From Podarcis vaucheri (Eukaryota): DNA of 64,000 nucleotides. Shown piece after piece: positions 38,801 through 52,700 of the stretch. The DNA is taken from NCBI GenBank assembly GCA_965113315.1, contig OZ220365.1; one strand, 5' to 3'. A program made the translations under genes and the position numbers. The notes under the pieces were generated by a model. That model had not been told where the DNA came from, did not search any database, and saw only the letters and a list, made by a program, of their open reading frames with translations. The stretch's first letter is position 1. Every line of letters starts with the position of its first letter.

Positions 38801-41800
38801 AATAGTAAGATAAACAAAAGCCACACACTAATGAACCATTGCATATCATTTTGGTTTGCATTTCTATCTCTGTGACTCAGACCTTTTAAAAACTGATTTG
38901 GTGGGGTCACACTTGCAAATTTCCCCTTTGTACAAAGGAAGAAGATGGCACAGAAGGTTTCTTATCCTAATACTAAGGTCAGGGATACCAAAAGAGGGGC
39001 CATTTCCCCTAAGATTTGGTCATTGCATTGAAGAATCTCTTCTGACATTTCAGTTGTAAATGTTTTACAAGATTTGTAAATCCATTCTTTCATATTTGGG
39101 ATTTTTAAAAATCCCATCAAAGTAGCCCTAGAGCATATTTTTAAAGAGTTTGGGCAACTAGAAGCACTGTATTTTATAGCACTGCTAAAACTCCTACTGA
39201 AAATAGTAGAGTTCTTGGTATATCATTAACAGACCAGTATTAATTCCTATGTTTTATACGTAAATTTAGTATATGGTTTTGCATAATGTCCCTTTTTTTC
39301 CAATGAGAAAAAGAGTTATGTACAAGTTTAATAATTAGATTTTATGCATGTTTACTCATAAGTATTCTGTATTCAGTAGTACTTGCTCCCAGGTAAGTGT
39401 GCATAGGATTGCCTGTCACATTGAATTCAATTCCTTAACATGTGCTTAATTGGGTTATACGTTTATTGATTTTTAAAAAAAACACGTATTGGATGCTGGA
39501 TGAAATCGGTTCAGTATTTGTAATTACTGCTAAACAGGATGTACAAACCTTTCCTTATGTACAAATTGGAACAAGGTCTGTCTAATTCATATTTTGCTAG
39601 ATATAGCCAAGGCAAAAGCATCACAACTATTTTGAGTGCTTTAATTTATATTTGAAAGATAAATAAGTAAGGTAAATATATTTGCACTGAATTTACAGCG
39701 TACTTTTTTTTAATAGTGTTCGACCCCTTCTCCTGAGGAGGAGAAGCTCATTAGCATCAAGAGACCCAAAACACCAGTTTCAAATGAATTCTCTGATATC
39801 AACACTCAAACAAATTGGACCAAATCACTTCCATTGCCAACCCCGGAGGAGAAAATGCGACAACAGGCTCAAGCAGTCCAAACTGATGTTATACCTATTA
39901 ACGTAACTGGTAGGCTTTTAATTTTGTTTCTGTGTGGTGAGAAAGAGCAAGAGATCTCAATTGGTTATTGGTTTTTATTTTGTCTGAAAATACGTTTTGC
40001 AAACTGTTGTACTGATGAAACTTAAAATGAGAGGCTGATTAGATTGAAAGTACTGGTTAAATTACTACTACACTTTTCAAGAGCAGGGTTCTTTGCAGGA
40101 ATTATGAAGAATATCGGGAAGAGCACACATTCAGCCTTAGATCTGAAAAGGATTCTTGTGGCATGGTCAAATATATACTGAGATTTAAAAAGAGCACAAA
40201 ACCCAAAATGTTTTCTACAATAACTTTCTCTTAAGATTTTAGGATCTCTCTGCTTTTCAGTCTATGAATAATATTAAGAAACTTGCCCAAGCCAGCAGAT
40301 TTACGTGCTCATCTGTGGCAAAAAATATTGTTGTATGGAATATTCTTCAGGACCTTTGAGATGAAACCTATGTTAACCTCTTTCTCGGTCACAACGAAAT
40401 GCTCTGTGTTAGCTTCAAAGATGAAGTGTTCATATTAGAAATGGTTTGCTGCTATATTAAGCTTAAAAGGTTTCAAGAAGCCTTAGATAAGATCCACTTA
40501 CAGTATGTGAATATCCGCCTCTTTTGTACAATGACTGTACTTCAGTTATCCACTGGAGGAGGAAAGTGAAATGCAGAACTGTACTCCTGTTCCATTAACA
40601 AAGAAGATTTGTCTTTCTCCTGCAGCATGGTTGTTCTTCACTGGTGCAAAAATGACCCCAAGGGCCATGGCACAATTACTAAATTACAACCACATTGCCA
40701 CATTCCAGCTGGTCTGAGGCACAAGAAGTTAACTTCAGTTATGCCGCATAGACTTCCATTGTGCTTTAGGCTTTCAATTAGATATTTTTGATTACATTGT
40801 TAAGGCAGCTGACTTTATTTCATTAATAATCACTTAACTTGGGCACGCCTTTCCCTTATGTGATTGCTAATAACCACTTAGCGCTGGCATCCATCTTATT
40901 TTAGCAAGATTTTCAGTATAAAACAGTTGTCTGGGATAAATAAGAAGCTCGTGAAAGTAATTAGAAATGCAAAATGAAAAGATATTATTGAATGCCACAA
41001 CTTAAAAGAGAAATGGTTTTGCACATTTAATTCATTACACAAATGAACAAACTGGGGTTCCTCCCAGTCAAGGTTGCTGCCTTTCAATTGCATAGATGTT
41101 AAAAGACAGAGAAATAATCAGTATGCTTAATCATAAGAGTGCAGTATATTTAGAAAAGTATGCAGTTTAATCTTCTTTAACTCTCAAAGTATGTAAAAAC
41201 AAAAGGTTGGACATGAGATGGGTGAAAGGTGGGCAATTCAATGGATATACTGAAGCTGAGCCATATTGCTTTACACTTTAGAAACTGAGGTTGCATTGTG
41301 AGCTCAATTGAACACAGTGTGACTTCCTTTTGAATGAATATATGTAAGACAAAATTTGCAGTGAACTATCCTCTTTGATATGTACTTAGCTGGGAGAGGA
41401 AAAGGGGGAAAAATATATTTTAGTTCTAACCATATCTTTAAATTGATGTAAGCGCTAGAAATCATGTATTTGTATACTTTCTTCTCCCCTCTCCTTTTTT
41501 TGAAATGGCAAGATAATATTTTTGGCTGTCTAAACCAGCAGTAGTAGATTGGGCTATTCGCCGCAATAAAATATGGATGTGTCTGAAATAAAATATTAAC
41601 CCTAGATGTACTTTTTAATAAATCAAGTGCCTTTTTAAAAAGATTAATTAATAATGAACACAGCCCACAACCTTTCACTTGGCTGCACAACAGATGAGAC
41701 CTGCTTTGGTTTCATTTGGCAGCGCTCTTTCAGTCGGACAGATTGTAGTATTGTAAATCTGGCTAGTAACCTGAAGGTGCTGGGGCATTGCATTAATCTG

Positions 41801-43669
41801 AAAAGCTGCTGACTGGCTATCCATGTTTGGGAGTGGAATTAGTTTCTTGGGTCATCAGGAGCTGAGCTTGCTGTGGAAGGGATAGACTCAAAGTTTTAGT
41901 CTTTAAAAAGCATATGCTGCCAATCTATTGAACACCATGCTCTAATTGTTAATCCAGGAACAGGTGGCGTCGTCGGGTGTGGGTCTTACCCAGATACAAA
42001 GGAAGATAATAGGAGCTGGTGCGCATCTAAGTCATAAATAAAAGATAAAGGGCTTCATTCTGCAAATTACTGAAACACAGACTTAAGTACCATTGACTTC
42101 ATTGGGCTGTTCCTTGATGAACAAGATGAATTTAAGCAAGTGCATAAATTGAATTGTGGCTAGAGAAGGCTACTGAAAAGGTTGTTTTTTAAAAAAAACA
42201 AACCCACCACAAAAATTAAATACAGGTTTATTTTTAAAAACTAAAACTTTCAACCAGTTTTTGCACACAAGTTTCCTAACAGGTTTTATTTGATTTTGGA
42301 TGAATGCAGACAGTTGTTTACCAAGTGGTAACTTCTCAAAGTATGTATACAGAAACTTGGTAAACCACTTGCCTGTAGCAACCTGCTAAATGGTGAGGAT
42401 AACTTTTTTATCACATATGCAAGCTGAGTCAGAACTCTGGTGAAGCAGAAGAGCGGTAAAAAGTATCCTTACTACGTGAAACAATATTACTTCCTTACCA
42501 ACTAATTAGCGGTTGGTAAAGAATAATACCTATAAATATGCTGACTTAAAAAAATATTTCTGTACAAGTTGACTTTGTGCCTTCACTGATACAGATTTTG
42601 GTACAAAATAGACAACTTTGCCACTATTTCCATGTGCATGATGGGGCTTTTGATCCTTTTTCCAACAAGGCTCAGTTCTTATCTCTCTCAGGGTCTAAGC
42701 TACACGGTGAACTACTCAGAGGAGCTTCAGTAGCTTTTCCAGTGTGACATAGGAGGGCTGCGGTTCAGTGTAATAATTAAATAATTAACCCACTGGCATG
42801 CCTAATAGCAGGCCATTGGTCTGAAACTCTTAATTTTATAACTCCCAGTTCTCCTCACTAACCTCATCTACTATTAGAGTTTCAAAGGTTTCACTTAACA
42901 AGCACATCGTATCTTTAAACCCAAATATGATTATTCAGGGAAAATGCAATTCTTTTCATTTGGCAACTAGGGATGGAACATTTCTCTTCTAGTCTTTGTT
43001 CCTGTAATCTAGAAATGTCCAAGTGCATTGTTGTATAATTTTTAAAAGTCATTTTCCTTATGCCATACAATCTAATGGAAGCGTTCTGGTCCAAGACTCC
43101 TAGGACGTCACATATGATGCGCACAGCAATGTCTAGCAAATACCAAATGCACTGTTCAATGAGAAATAACTTGGCTATCTAGATGTTTAAAATAGAATTC
43201 GGAAGAATTCAAATACCTACCTTTTTCCCAGAAAGAAGCATAGTGAAACAGAGCTTTTCCTAAAGACACTTCTATACTTACCGTCCTAAGGATTTATAGG
43301 TTTGAGAAGAATATTAGGAATGTTAAGTTTGTTAAGGGGGAGAAAATAAAATGAGATTTTAAAATCACTTGTATGTTTTAGCTAATTTGTAAAGCATCTC
43401 AAATGAAGCAAGATGCAAATTTTAAACAAATGGAAATGGCCAGGTTATTACTTCATTGAAAGAAGTGAATTTGTTTGAAGCTGTTCAACCTGTAGAAATG
43501 CTGCTGGGTCCAGATATGATACAGCAAATGGTCAACTATAAGGCTTTCTTGTTTTGCATGCACCACACAAACTTTTAATGGTGGGTTCAGTCAATTGCGA
43601 AAATGCAGTATCACCCAATGATAGATTATTATTATTATTATTATGGTGATTATTATTATTATTATGGTG

Positions 43670-43704
<35 letters not shown>

Positions 43705-46700
43705 CATCAATTCATATACTGCTTACATGCCAAAATTACTTTAAAGACTAAATATAGCCAGGGTGCAGTTCTGTGACACTGAAGTCTATATAGAGAATTT
43801 ATGTTCAATAAATGTTACTGGCATTTGGCATGGCTCTTTGGTACCAACCAAAAAGAGACAGTGAGACCTCTGCCAGGGTTTCACAGTATGATGGAGCTGT
43901 TTCCATCTGCATCAGTCTCTCTCTGTCTCTTTCTCTCTCTCCCCCCCCAATATAATGTTGTATTTAAATATAGTAAATTTTCAGAGGTAACAGACATTAA
44001 ATTTTGGCTAACCTGAAAGTCAGAACATTGTCTAGACTCAGTCATGTTTGTTATTTAATATTTTAATTTTTCTCCCACTGTTCCAAGGCTGTTCACAACA
44101 CTGCTAACATTATAAGTTCACTGCAAAATACAGCAGTGCTTACTGAAACACTGTTTCAGTTCAAATTGTTTGTTCATTTTAAAAATACCTAAGACATTCA
44201 GATATTATAAAACTTCATCGTAGTCATATAATAAATAATCTGCAATCAGTTCCTCTGAAGTTTCTAATGCAGGGGAAAGTAGCCAGATTTCTTATGACTG
44301 TCGGTATAAAAATTTTGGATGCAGAGGTATCATCTTACTTTACTTATGCTTAGAGTCTGGGAGTTTCAAAAAACTAAAACACACATATAAGGGCCTACGT
44401 TTGGTGTTGAACAAAAGAGGCAGTCTAGGGATGTTCTTAGTGTATGTCCACCCTGCTGCTTAACAGCAGCAAGAAACCAAACTTTTTGTGTTGTCATCCC
44501 AGTTCTGCCAATAGAGGTTCATCAGGCATATTCTGTTCTAACTTTTGAAACACCTCCTGAAAACTTTTCCATGCTACCGAGCTAATGCAGTCAATTAAGA
44601 AAATATATTTAAATGTTAAATGATTTGTCATTTTCCAAATTAACAGCTTACAACAGTGGAAAAAAGAGAACCACAGTCCCTCAGAAAATATCTTTGTAAT
44701 AGTTCTGATGTTTTTATGAATAGTGATATACAATTTTTAAGTAAATAAATGAGCAATGAGGCCTCAAACCTCTGACATCATTCCAGGAACCCACTTATCC
44801 AAACTGACCTCCACACCTTACATCCACTTCCATTAGCTTCATATCTGCCTCATGTCCATTAATTTAAATTAAACCTCCAATTAAGTATATTTAGGATCGT
44901 CGCTGAAGTCATTAGCCATGCCATGCCATAAGAAAATGAATAAATACTTATTCAGTACATTTCTCAAAAACAAGAGCATAAATTCTCTCTCCCCCATTCC
45001 TCAAAGTTCATAAGAAGGTAAGCTGGGACATAGTGTAACTATAAATGTCCAATATTGACATTAATAGCTCACTGATATGTTTAGATTAAATGAAGATTTG
45101 GTTTGATGAGACAAATGTATTTGATAGGAGCATGTAATCCGTTCCATTATAAAGCCTTAAAGTGACAGTATGCTGTATCTTTTCCTTCTATGTATATCCA
45201 CTCTGTATGACTGAGCTAACATCATATATTAATGCCTTTTCTTCATTTCTATAATAAGCAAGTGGAAGAAAGTGCATGATGTCAGCGTGCTTGAAAGTAA
45301 TGGTGCTTTGCTTGTTCTACTGTACATCAGGGGAGAATTTTGACCGCCAAGCCAGCATACGGAGGTCTCTAATTTACACAGATACTGTGGTAAGGCGGCC
45401 GAAGAAAGTGAAAAGGAGAAAGACTATTACAGGAGTCCCTGACAACATCCAAAGAGAGCTAGGTATGGCTCATCAGAACTGTATTCCATTACAATTAATA
45501 ATTATCTTGCTTACTGTGACTAAACTCATAACATTTACCCCACGCTCATGAAGTCAATACAGTCTGATAGCCTATTAAAAGTTAAAATGAATGTATGCCT
45601 GACCACTAGGAAAGAATAAATAGTGTATGCTTAAACCGATCATTTTGCCCGCCTGGAAATTAAAGTTCCATCTTTACAAACAAACAAACAAACAAACAAA
45701 CAAACAAACAAACAAACTGAATTTACTGAATGCCATGCAAAGCTGCAATTTTCTGAAATCATGTACTGGGACAGTAAAAATCTATAAGAATTTTAGGGTT
45801 GTTTTCAGGAGGGTTTTTTATTCCCTTGGTCTTAAAGATATATCTTACAATTACTGGTAAATTTGAGCACGTCAGTCTCACATTTCCTTCATTCTTCACT
45901 GAAGATTGGATTTTAGTAGGAGGAGTACTGCTGTCTAAAATTGGTTCCAGAATCTCATTAAAAACTTCCCCCTTTACCATCTGATCATAAGGCTTATCAG
46001 TCAAATGGCTCAAACATTTGTGAAATGCTATAGGAGAGTCCATATTTGAACATAAATATTCACTATGCAATTATCATATTTGAGGTCTTCTGGGTTTGTC
46101 ATTTGTTTAACCATAAATAACTTTCGTCCCCAGCCATTCCTTCTTGGCAAACATCAATGTAATGGGCATAAGCTAAGGCCCTTTTTAGGCTAGACCCTTG
46201 TTTGTATTCTGTCACTTCAATTTTTTTTCATTCCTAACAACAACAAAAGTGTAGATAGCTTTTATTCTCTTCATAGCCAACTTCAGACAATGATCTTCCT
46301 GCTTGTTCACTTGAATGCTTAGTAGACATTCTAGGCTCCCTGAAATCCTGCTTGAGGCATTTAGTTTGCATATTCAAGTAGCTGTGGCATGGCTGTTTTG
46401 AAATCCATGTATTTGTGGCCATCTCCCAACATGGAAGCTTTGATTTTACACCATAGCACCACAAACCCACATTTAGGAAGGCTTGTGCTGACATACTGAA
46501 TTGCTATGCAGAAATTACTTGACACACCCACGCACAGTGCAAGTTACAGTGTTAATCAAATGTCTTAGAAGCTTTATTGGTGTCTGCAATGGTGCCGGTG
46601 AAATGCTGCCCTCATTTGGCATGGAGTCATGCCAGTTGCATGCAACTTGATGGCAGTTCCATTGGGTTGTGGGACTTAAAGGAACTTCCTATACATTTCC

Positions 46701-49700
46701 CCCCAGCCATGATGTCTTGTGTTCCTTCTGTAGCTTTGGTGTAGGTGAGCTCCATTGGCCTACAAATTAGTGCAGGCAAACCTCTGGTTGCTCCTTCTCC
46801 TCTAAAACCTCTACCCACCTGACCTTTGGTATTTGAAGAACCCAGTAGTCTTTTTCCTGACCCCCAAACTTCATTATATTGGCAGCTACCGCCCTTGGCG
46901 CCCGCTCTTGTGCTTGCATGCTTGCTTACTCACATTCAGAAGAGACAGTCTGCAATATAACCATCACAGCTCTGTGCTGAGTTTTTCTGGCTAGTGTAAC
47001 TATGTTTTAAAGGGCACTGAAAGGGTGGACGAATCCCCACTGCTCCTGATAGCCTATTATGGACTGCACTGTTGGACTTTATCCTGTAATTTAAAGCAAG
47101 TAAATGATATCTACCATGGTGTTTTCCTATCATTCAACATGGAAGGAGCACAACACTATTTGGGCTACTTGCCCTAGCATTAAAGGGCAGGGTAAGGCCC
47201 AGTATTGCAGCCAAGAAGGGAACTGAAGGGAAACTGGCAGTTTGCAATTTGGCTTCTTCTTGAGGATTGTTCTTCAGCACAAGATACCTTATTATACTTT
47301 CCCAATTAATAATATCTTACATAATTTGGCATTTAATTTTCTGTTAAAGAATTTGAGACGAATCTCTGGTTTCATAATCTGTCAATATGAAACTCACAAT
47401 TCCCCTGACAGGTTCTCTGATTCCACATACAGTTCTGTGAATAAGAGAGACATGAGTAGAATATTAAAAGTATCCATTTATGCCAGAAATACTTTTTGAA
47501 AAACATTACGCTACAATATATATTTTAAAGTGCTTTGAGTCTCTTTGAGTAGTGGAAAAAAATGCCACAAATAAATACATTAGTTTAAGTACATATTTAA
47601 GCAGTAGTTACAATGATAACTTGGAATTTAGTAACTGAAACTTAACTTACGGACTGACAACTTTTGTTGTTGGAAAAATCTGAATTTGTATCATATTCAG
47701 GAAACTGATTTCAGGAAAGGTGTTTATTTTTAGTTACAGCTCATGCTGATCAATATAGAATAAATAAATCTCTCTTACAAGTCCTCTCTTTCTTGCTTGA
47801 TTGGCCTTTGTGCCTATAGTCATTTTGATAAAACTCTGCTTTTGAGAATTATCAAGCTGCTTGCCAGCATTGAAGGGACATAATGTAATTTCTTACTTGA
47901 GCCCATTGTGGTAGAAAAAAAAGTCTAAAGGTCAAATTCTAGCTGCCTTGAAGTTCTAGCTAAAACCACACTGACTTTGCTGAAGCAGGGCTTCAATTTA
48001 TGCTTTTTGGAAAACTTTAAAAGCAGGCAAAATGCACAGAAACATGTGTAAAGGTTTGATTTTATTTGAAAGCCGGTTAATGTTTCATAAATGGCATTGT
48101 CCTTAACTTTCCCTCCATCCTCCATTCTCTCCAATGCCAGTGTTTTGTTGTATGCCAAGAAAAACAAGAAGTGAATATGACTTAAACAGCTATTAAATTT
48201 TATGGGGAAGAATGACCTTACTCTTCACAGTCCACTTGCATTCAACAATTAAGAGAATTGAAAGGCTCTGGGAAGGGAGCTCCTTATCTGACATGCCATA
48301 AAAAACCGGCAAGAGCTGCTTAGAAGCAAGCAGTCCAAAATGGCTGCATTTTTCAATGGCAGAGTTGCAGCATTTCAGATACCAAACTTTTCCCCACCTC
48401 TTTTTTACATCATTGTAGCATAATTTGGACAGAAGAAAATGCTATTTTGATAGAATTTCAGTGCAGATATATATTTAAGTATATAGTGCAGTGATCTCAA
48501 GTGCATTCAAATCAGTGACTTTCAAGCTTGTTGGGGTAATAATAAGGGTGGCAAACAACATTCCTTGAAAGACAGCTCACTAGTACTGATCTCCTTCAGC
48601 AATGGACAACATCAAGAGAATGTCGGTTCATGGCTTGACTCTCAGTTAGCATTGGCAATGATGAAATCAGCATTCCATGTGAACTGTTTGTATGTACTTG
48701 GGCATGATTCTATAATACTTGTTTTCTTCGGCAGGAATAAAAGCATTCTCCAGCCGATATCGCTGACCTGGTTCTTTCTTCATTTTAAACCATAGTTAAG
48801 ATTTAGCGTATAGCATGCTGGTGCACAGGACAAAAATCTTGGTCAATTTGCACCTTCTCTGTTCCTAATGCTGCTTTGCTACTGGGAGCTAAGCCATGGT
48901 TTGGCTCATGGTTTGTTTGGGGAAAACAAACCACTAGTCCCCTTTTGGACATAACACTTAGATTTGCATGAAACCAGAAAACTGCAAGCAACCCAAATTT
49001 TTAAAATGTGGAGAATTAAAAAAAACAACACAACACACAGGAAGTGTGCCTGTCAATAGTTAATTGGCATTATAAAATCAGCAAATCAGAAGGCAGGGAC
49101 AGCCATAAAAATTCAAATATGGGCGGGTGTAGACTGCTTTGAATGGAGGATTCACAACTAAATAATGCTCAAATGTGGACAAACCCTTTAACTATGGTTG
49201 AATGCTGTGCAAGCACTTGCCACTGGGGAAGGGGCAGCCTGAAGACAGGAAGTCAACTTCAAATTATGGGAGTTGGATTTGCTGTGAGATGACTCTCTTG
49301 CAATTCTGTCTGTACCTTGCCTTGCGCTTAGTCTCCCTCCACCTGCATCGCAGACAGAAGCCATTGTCTAATTAGGCAGTAGACTCTGCTTCAGTAGGTG
49401 AGCAACACTATTCTCCCTGCCTTTTGTTCTTCCTCAAAGAACAATGTAGACGTTGCTATGCTAAGTATTAATACATAGATGAAATAGTTCTTAGAAACTT
49501 GGCCAGGCCTTTAGAATTTCTTTATTTAATGTGTTTAAATATATTTCAATTTATTCCTTTAAAGAAGTCAGTGGTTTTAAAAAGCAATTGTTAGCACTTT
49601 ATTTTTCTCCTGTGGTATAGTGCAAGGTCCCAAAAATAAACATTTCATGATTCAAGTAGATAATAATATAGAAAAATAGTTTGTGTGGAATTGCTTGAAT

Positions 49701-52700
49701 TTCCTGGAATCCCATGGTGCTTTTGAATGGAAGGTGCAGCAGTCAAGACATAGTTTGCAAAGAACAAGGACTGATACACACTTTGCTTGTTTTTTATTTT
49801 CTTCATTTTTCACACTGGGGATAGGGTAATATATTATATATATGTAACATAAATAAGCTCCTGTACATTGTGACTTAAATTATGGTCTGCTGAGTGCTAC
49901 AATAGCTGTAGCTGCTATTATTTAAAGTGAAGTGTGCAGGCAGCCTAGTAGGATAGTATTGATTGTTCCCAGTTGGCCTTTAGCCTGTTGGTTAGGTAAT
50001 AACAGCTATTCTTGTCTATCAGGGGTTTTGTTTGTTTTTTATCTGAGTGACGTGACTGGAGAGTAGTCCTAGTTTGAATGTAAACAGACCCAGGTTCTTA
50101 TTTATATTTGAAACAATGAAGCATATTTGAAACATCCAAGGAAACAACTTTTTGATACATGTTTTGTTAATGAACACAGGAGCTTAAATGTGAAATCTTG
50201 ATGTGTATAATAATTGTTTTATTTTAACTTCCAACAGTTGGCACTGGTAAAAACGACTTCCGTGGCCATTCATTATGCGTCCCTGACCACTATTCCACGC
50301 TAGGAAGGCTTGATAGCTATCACTCTTCCATGCAGCAGTCTGACACCAAGGACTCCGGCTGTCAGACGGAGGAAGTCAAAGTGGTGCCACCTTCAGTCAG
50401 GCGAATACGTGCCCAGAAAGGTCAAGGAATTGCAGCCCAGATGTCACAGTTGTCCAGTTCTTCTGGAAACATGTCTGTGATGAGTGATTCCGCTGGGGTT
50501 GTGTTTGCCTCCCGCCTAAACAATGACCTGGGTTTTCATAGTCTACCTCGGTCTGGGGCAAGGGTGTCCCTACAGTTCCTGGAACGTAGACATAGCCTGT
50601 CTAAGTCAACAGAAGGTGGAGCACTGTCACACCACATAAGCAAACTGCAAGTGGATGATAGCATAGACCACATGAGGAACAACAGTAGGACAGGTATGCT
50701 TCAAAGGCCAAAGTCCCAAGAGGTAAAGGGCTCTGAGAGTGACCAAACAGAAAGTCTAGCATGCATGGTCTCTCCACATAGTATGTATTCAACCAGCATT
50801 ATACCAAATGCAACCCTATCATCCTCTTCAGAGGTTATTGTGATTCACACCACACAGATTGCGGGCGCGATGGATAGTAAAATCACCCACCCTTCTTCAT
50901 ATACAAAACCTAGAGACAATCTTGTTGTCAACAGCATGGTAGGCACAAAAGATCAACAGCATTCCTCTAGTGGGACCTGGAGCGAGACCAGTTCAACACA
51001 TCACTCGCGTTCCTCAGACACTGCTGTTTCATCGAATGCTGCAATGGTGCTCAGTCTTGGAGATTCAGGAGTCTCTCTCACCGGTGCAGGAGCTGTGGAA
51101 AATGCCCCTCAAAGTATGACCTACAGCAGTAGGAATAATCTCAATTTTCCAATGCACTCTCAGGACAGTGACAGTAGGAGTGAATCAAATTACTCTGTTG
51201 ACAAAACACAGAGCCAGGTTCAGAACAGCACAGAGCACTGTGGTTTGAAGCGCTCTGGAAAGGAAGAGGTGTTGTTACACAAACTAAACTGTGCCACTCC
51301 AGGCTGCTCCACGCCTGTGAGCAACTTGAGTACCAGCAGCCTTGAAAGAGTCTCTGCCAAAGAAGACTCAAGCTCTTTATATTCTGTGGACCATGATGGC
51401 TATTACACTTCCATGCACATGGACTCGGGACTCAAGTCTGGCAAAACTTGCAATAGCAATAACGGCTTTGGAAACCCCAGGCACAGTGTCATTAATGTGT
51501 TTGATGGCACCGAGAAGAAATCTCTGGGAGACTTGTCGAATTACAGCGACAAATCCCTCTCACGAAGCATATCCTTTAAAAAGGCAAAGAAACCGCCTCT
51601 GCCACCATCCCGAACAGACTCTCTTAGAAGGATCCCCAAGAAGAAAACTCAGTCCAATGGGCAGGTATTGGATGACATGTTGATTGCTAGCCTCCAACAC
51701 TCCCTACAGTTGAACCTCAAGTGCAAAAATGGCAGCTCACCATCTCAAAGCCCCTGCAGTGATTATGATGACCCTTGGGTGCTACGCTCTCGTAGTCAGA
51801 GCTCGGTGAGCGCCAGTAGCAGCATGATGTCTGGAACAGGCCTGAACATGTACTCCATCTGTACTGTCACACCCTCCCAGAGTGAGACAAGCAGCATCAG
51901 GTCAGAGTATGCTGACCAGTGGGGCTACTACAGCGATTGTCCTGGGATGCCGGAGGATCAGCTGAAATCCCCAGTAGTTCATTCGGCTAATGCTGGACCC
52001 AGGCTAAATGATTATAACGTCAGCCGCCTTAATGATGGGTCAAGGGCTTCTACACCACAGGTGCCCAGCGGGTTGGCCAAACCAAAGACCACTTCTCCAG
52101 AAAAGCCACATAGGGTTACATCACCATCTAGTGGGTATTCTAGCCAATCCAACACACCCACAGCAGTTACACCAGTGCCTGTCATTCTGAAATCTATGTC
52201 AACAGGAAACGGGAAACCCAAGATGAAACCTAAAGTGCCTGAAAGAAAGTCATCCCTTCTGTCTTCAGTTTCAGTGTCTTCCTCCTCCACATCCCTCTCT
52301 TCTAATACATCTGCTGAAGGGAGTGGGAGTGTGAAGAAATCTGACTCTGGCCCAAGCTTCCCTCTGGTTTCGTCTCCAGACTCTTCTGAGTACCTTCTTC
52401 CACCACCACCACCTCCCTCAACAGATGTCATGGATCTGCCGCCTCCCCCTGGATCTCCCAACTTCCCACCGCCTCCACCAGAAGCGGTTATAAACATATC
52501 GTTTTCTCAAAGTATCCCATGGTTTAATTACCTACCGCAAGACCCTTCGTTGGATCATTTCTCTCCCTCTTCACCTCCTGTGCCATCTCCTCCCCTTCCA
52601 CCTCCTGTCCCTTCTTCAGTTCCTCCACCAGCACCCCCCTTGGACCCCAAACTCACAAAAGGTGCATACAAAAATGCACCATGTTCTTTCAAGAAATATA

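Noticed and set aside
39691-39716. Upstream tttacag acceptor 18 nt before exon 4
   Set aside because: Its use gives CGT ACT TTT TTT TAA, an immediate stop, and it has a poor pyrimidine tract. The 39716 site matches the protein.
52012-52497. 161-aa antisense ORF (also 53249..53632 and 57805..58134)
   Set aside because: These are shadows of low-complexity Ser/Pro coding sequence on the + strand, with no independent signal.
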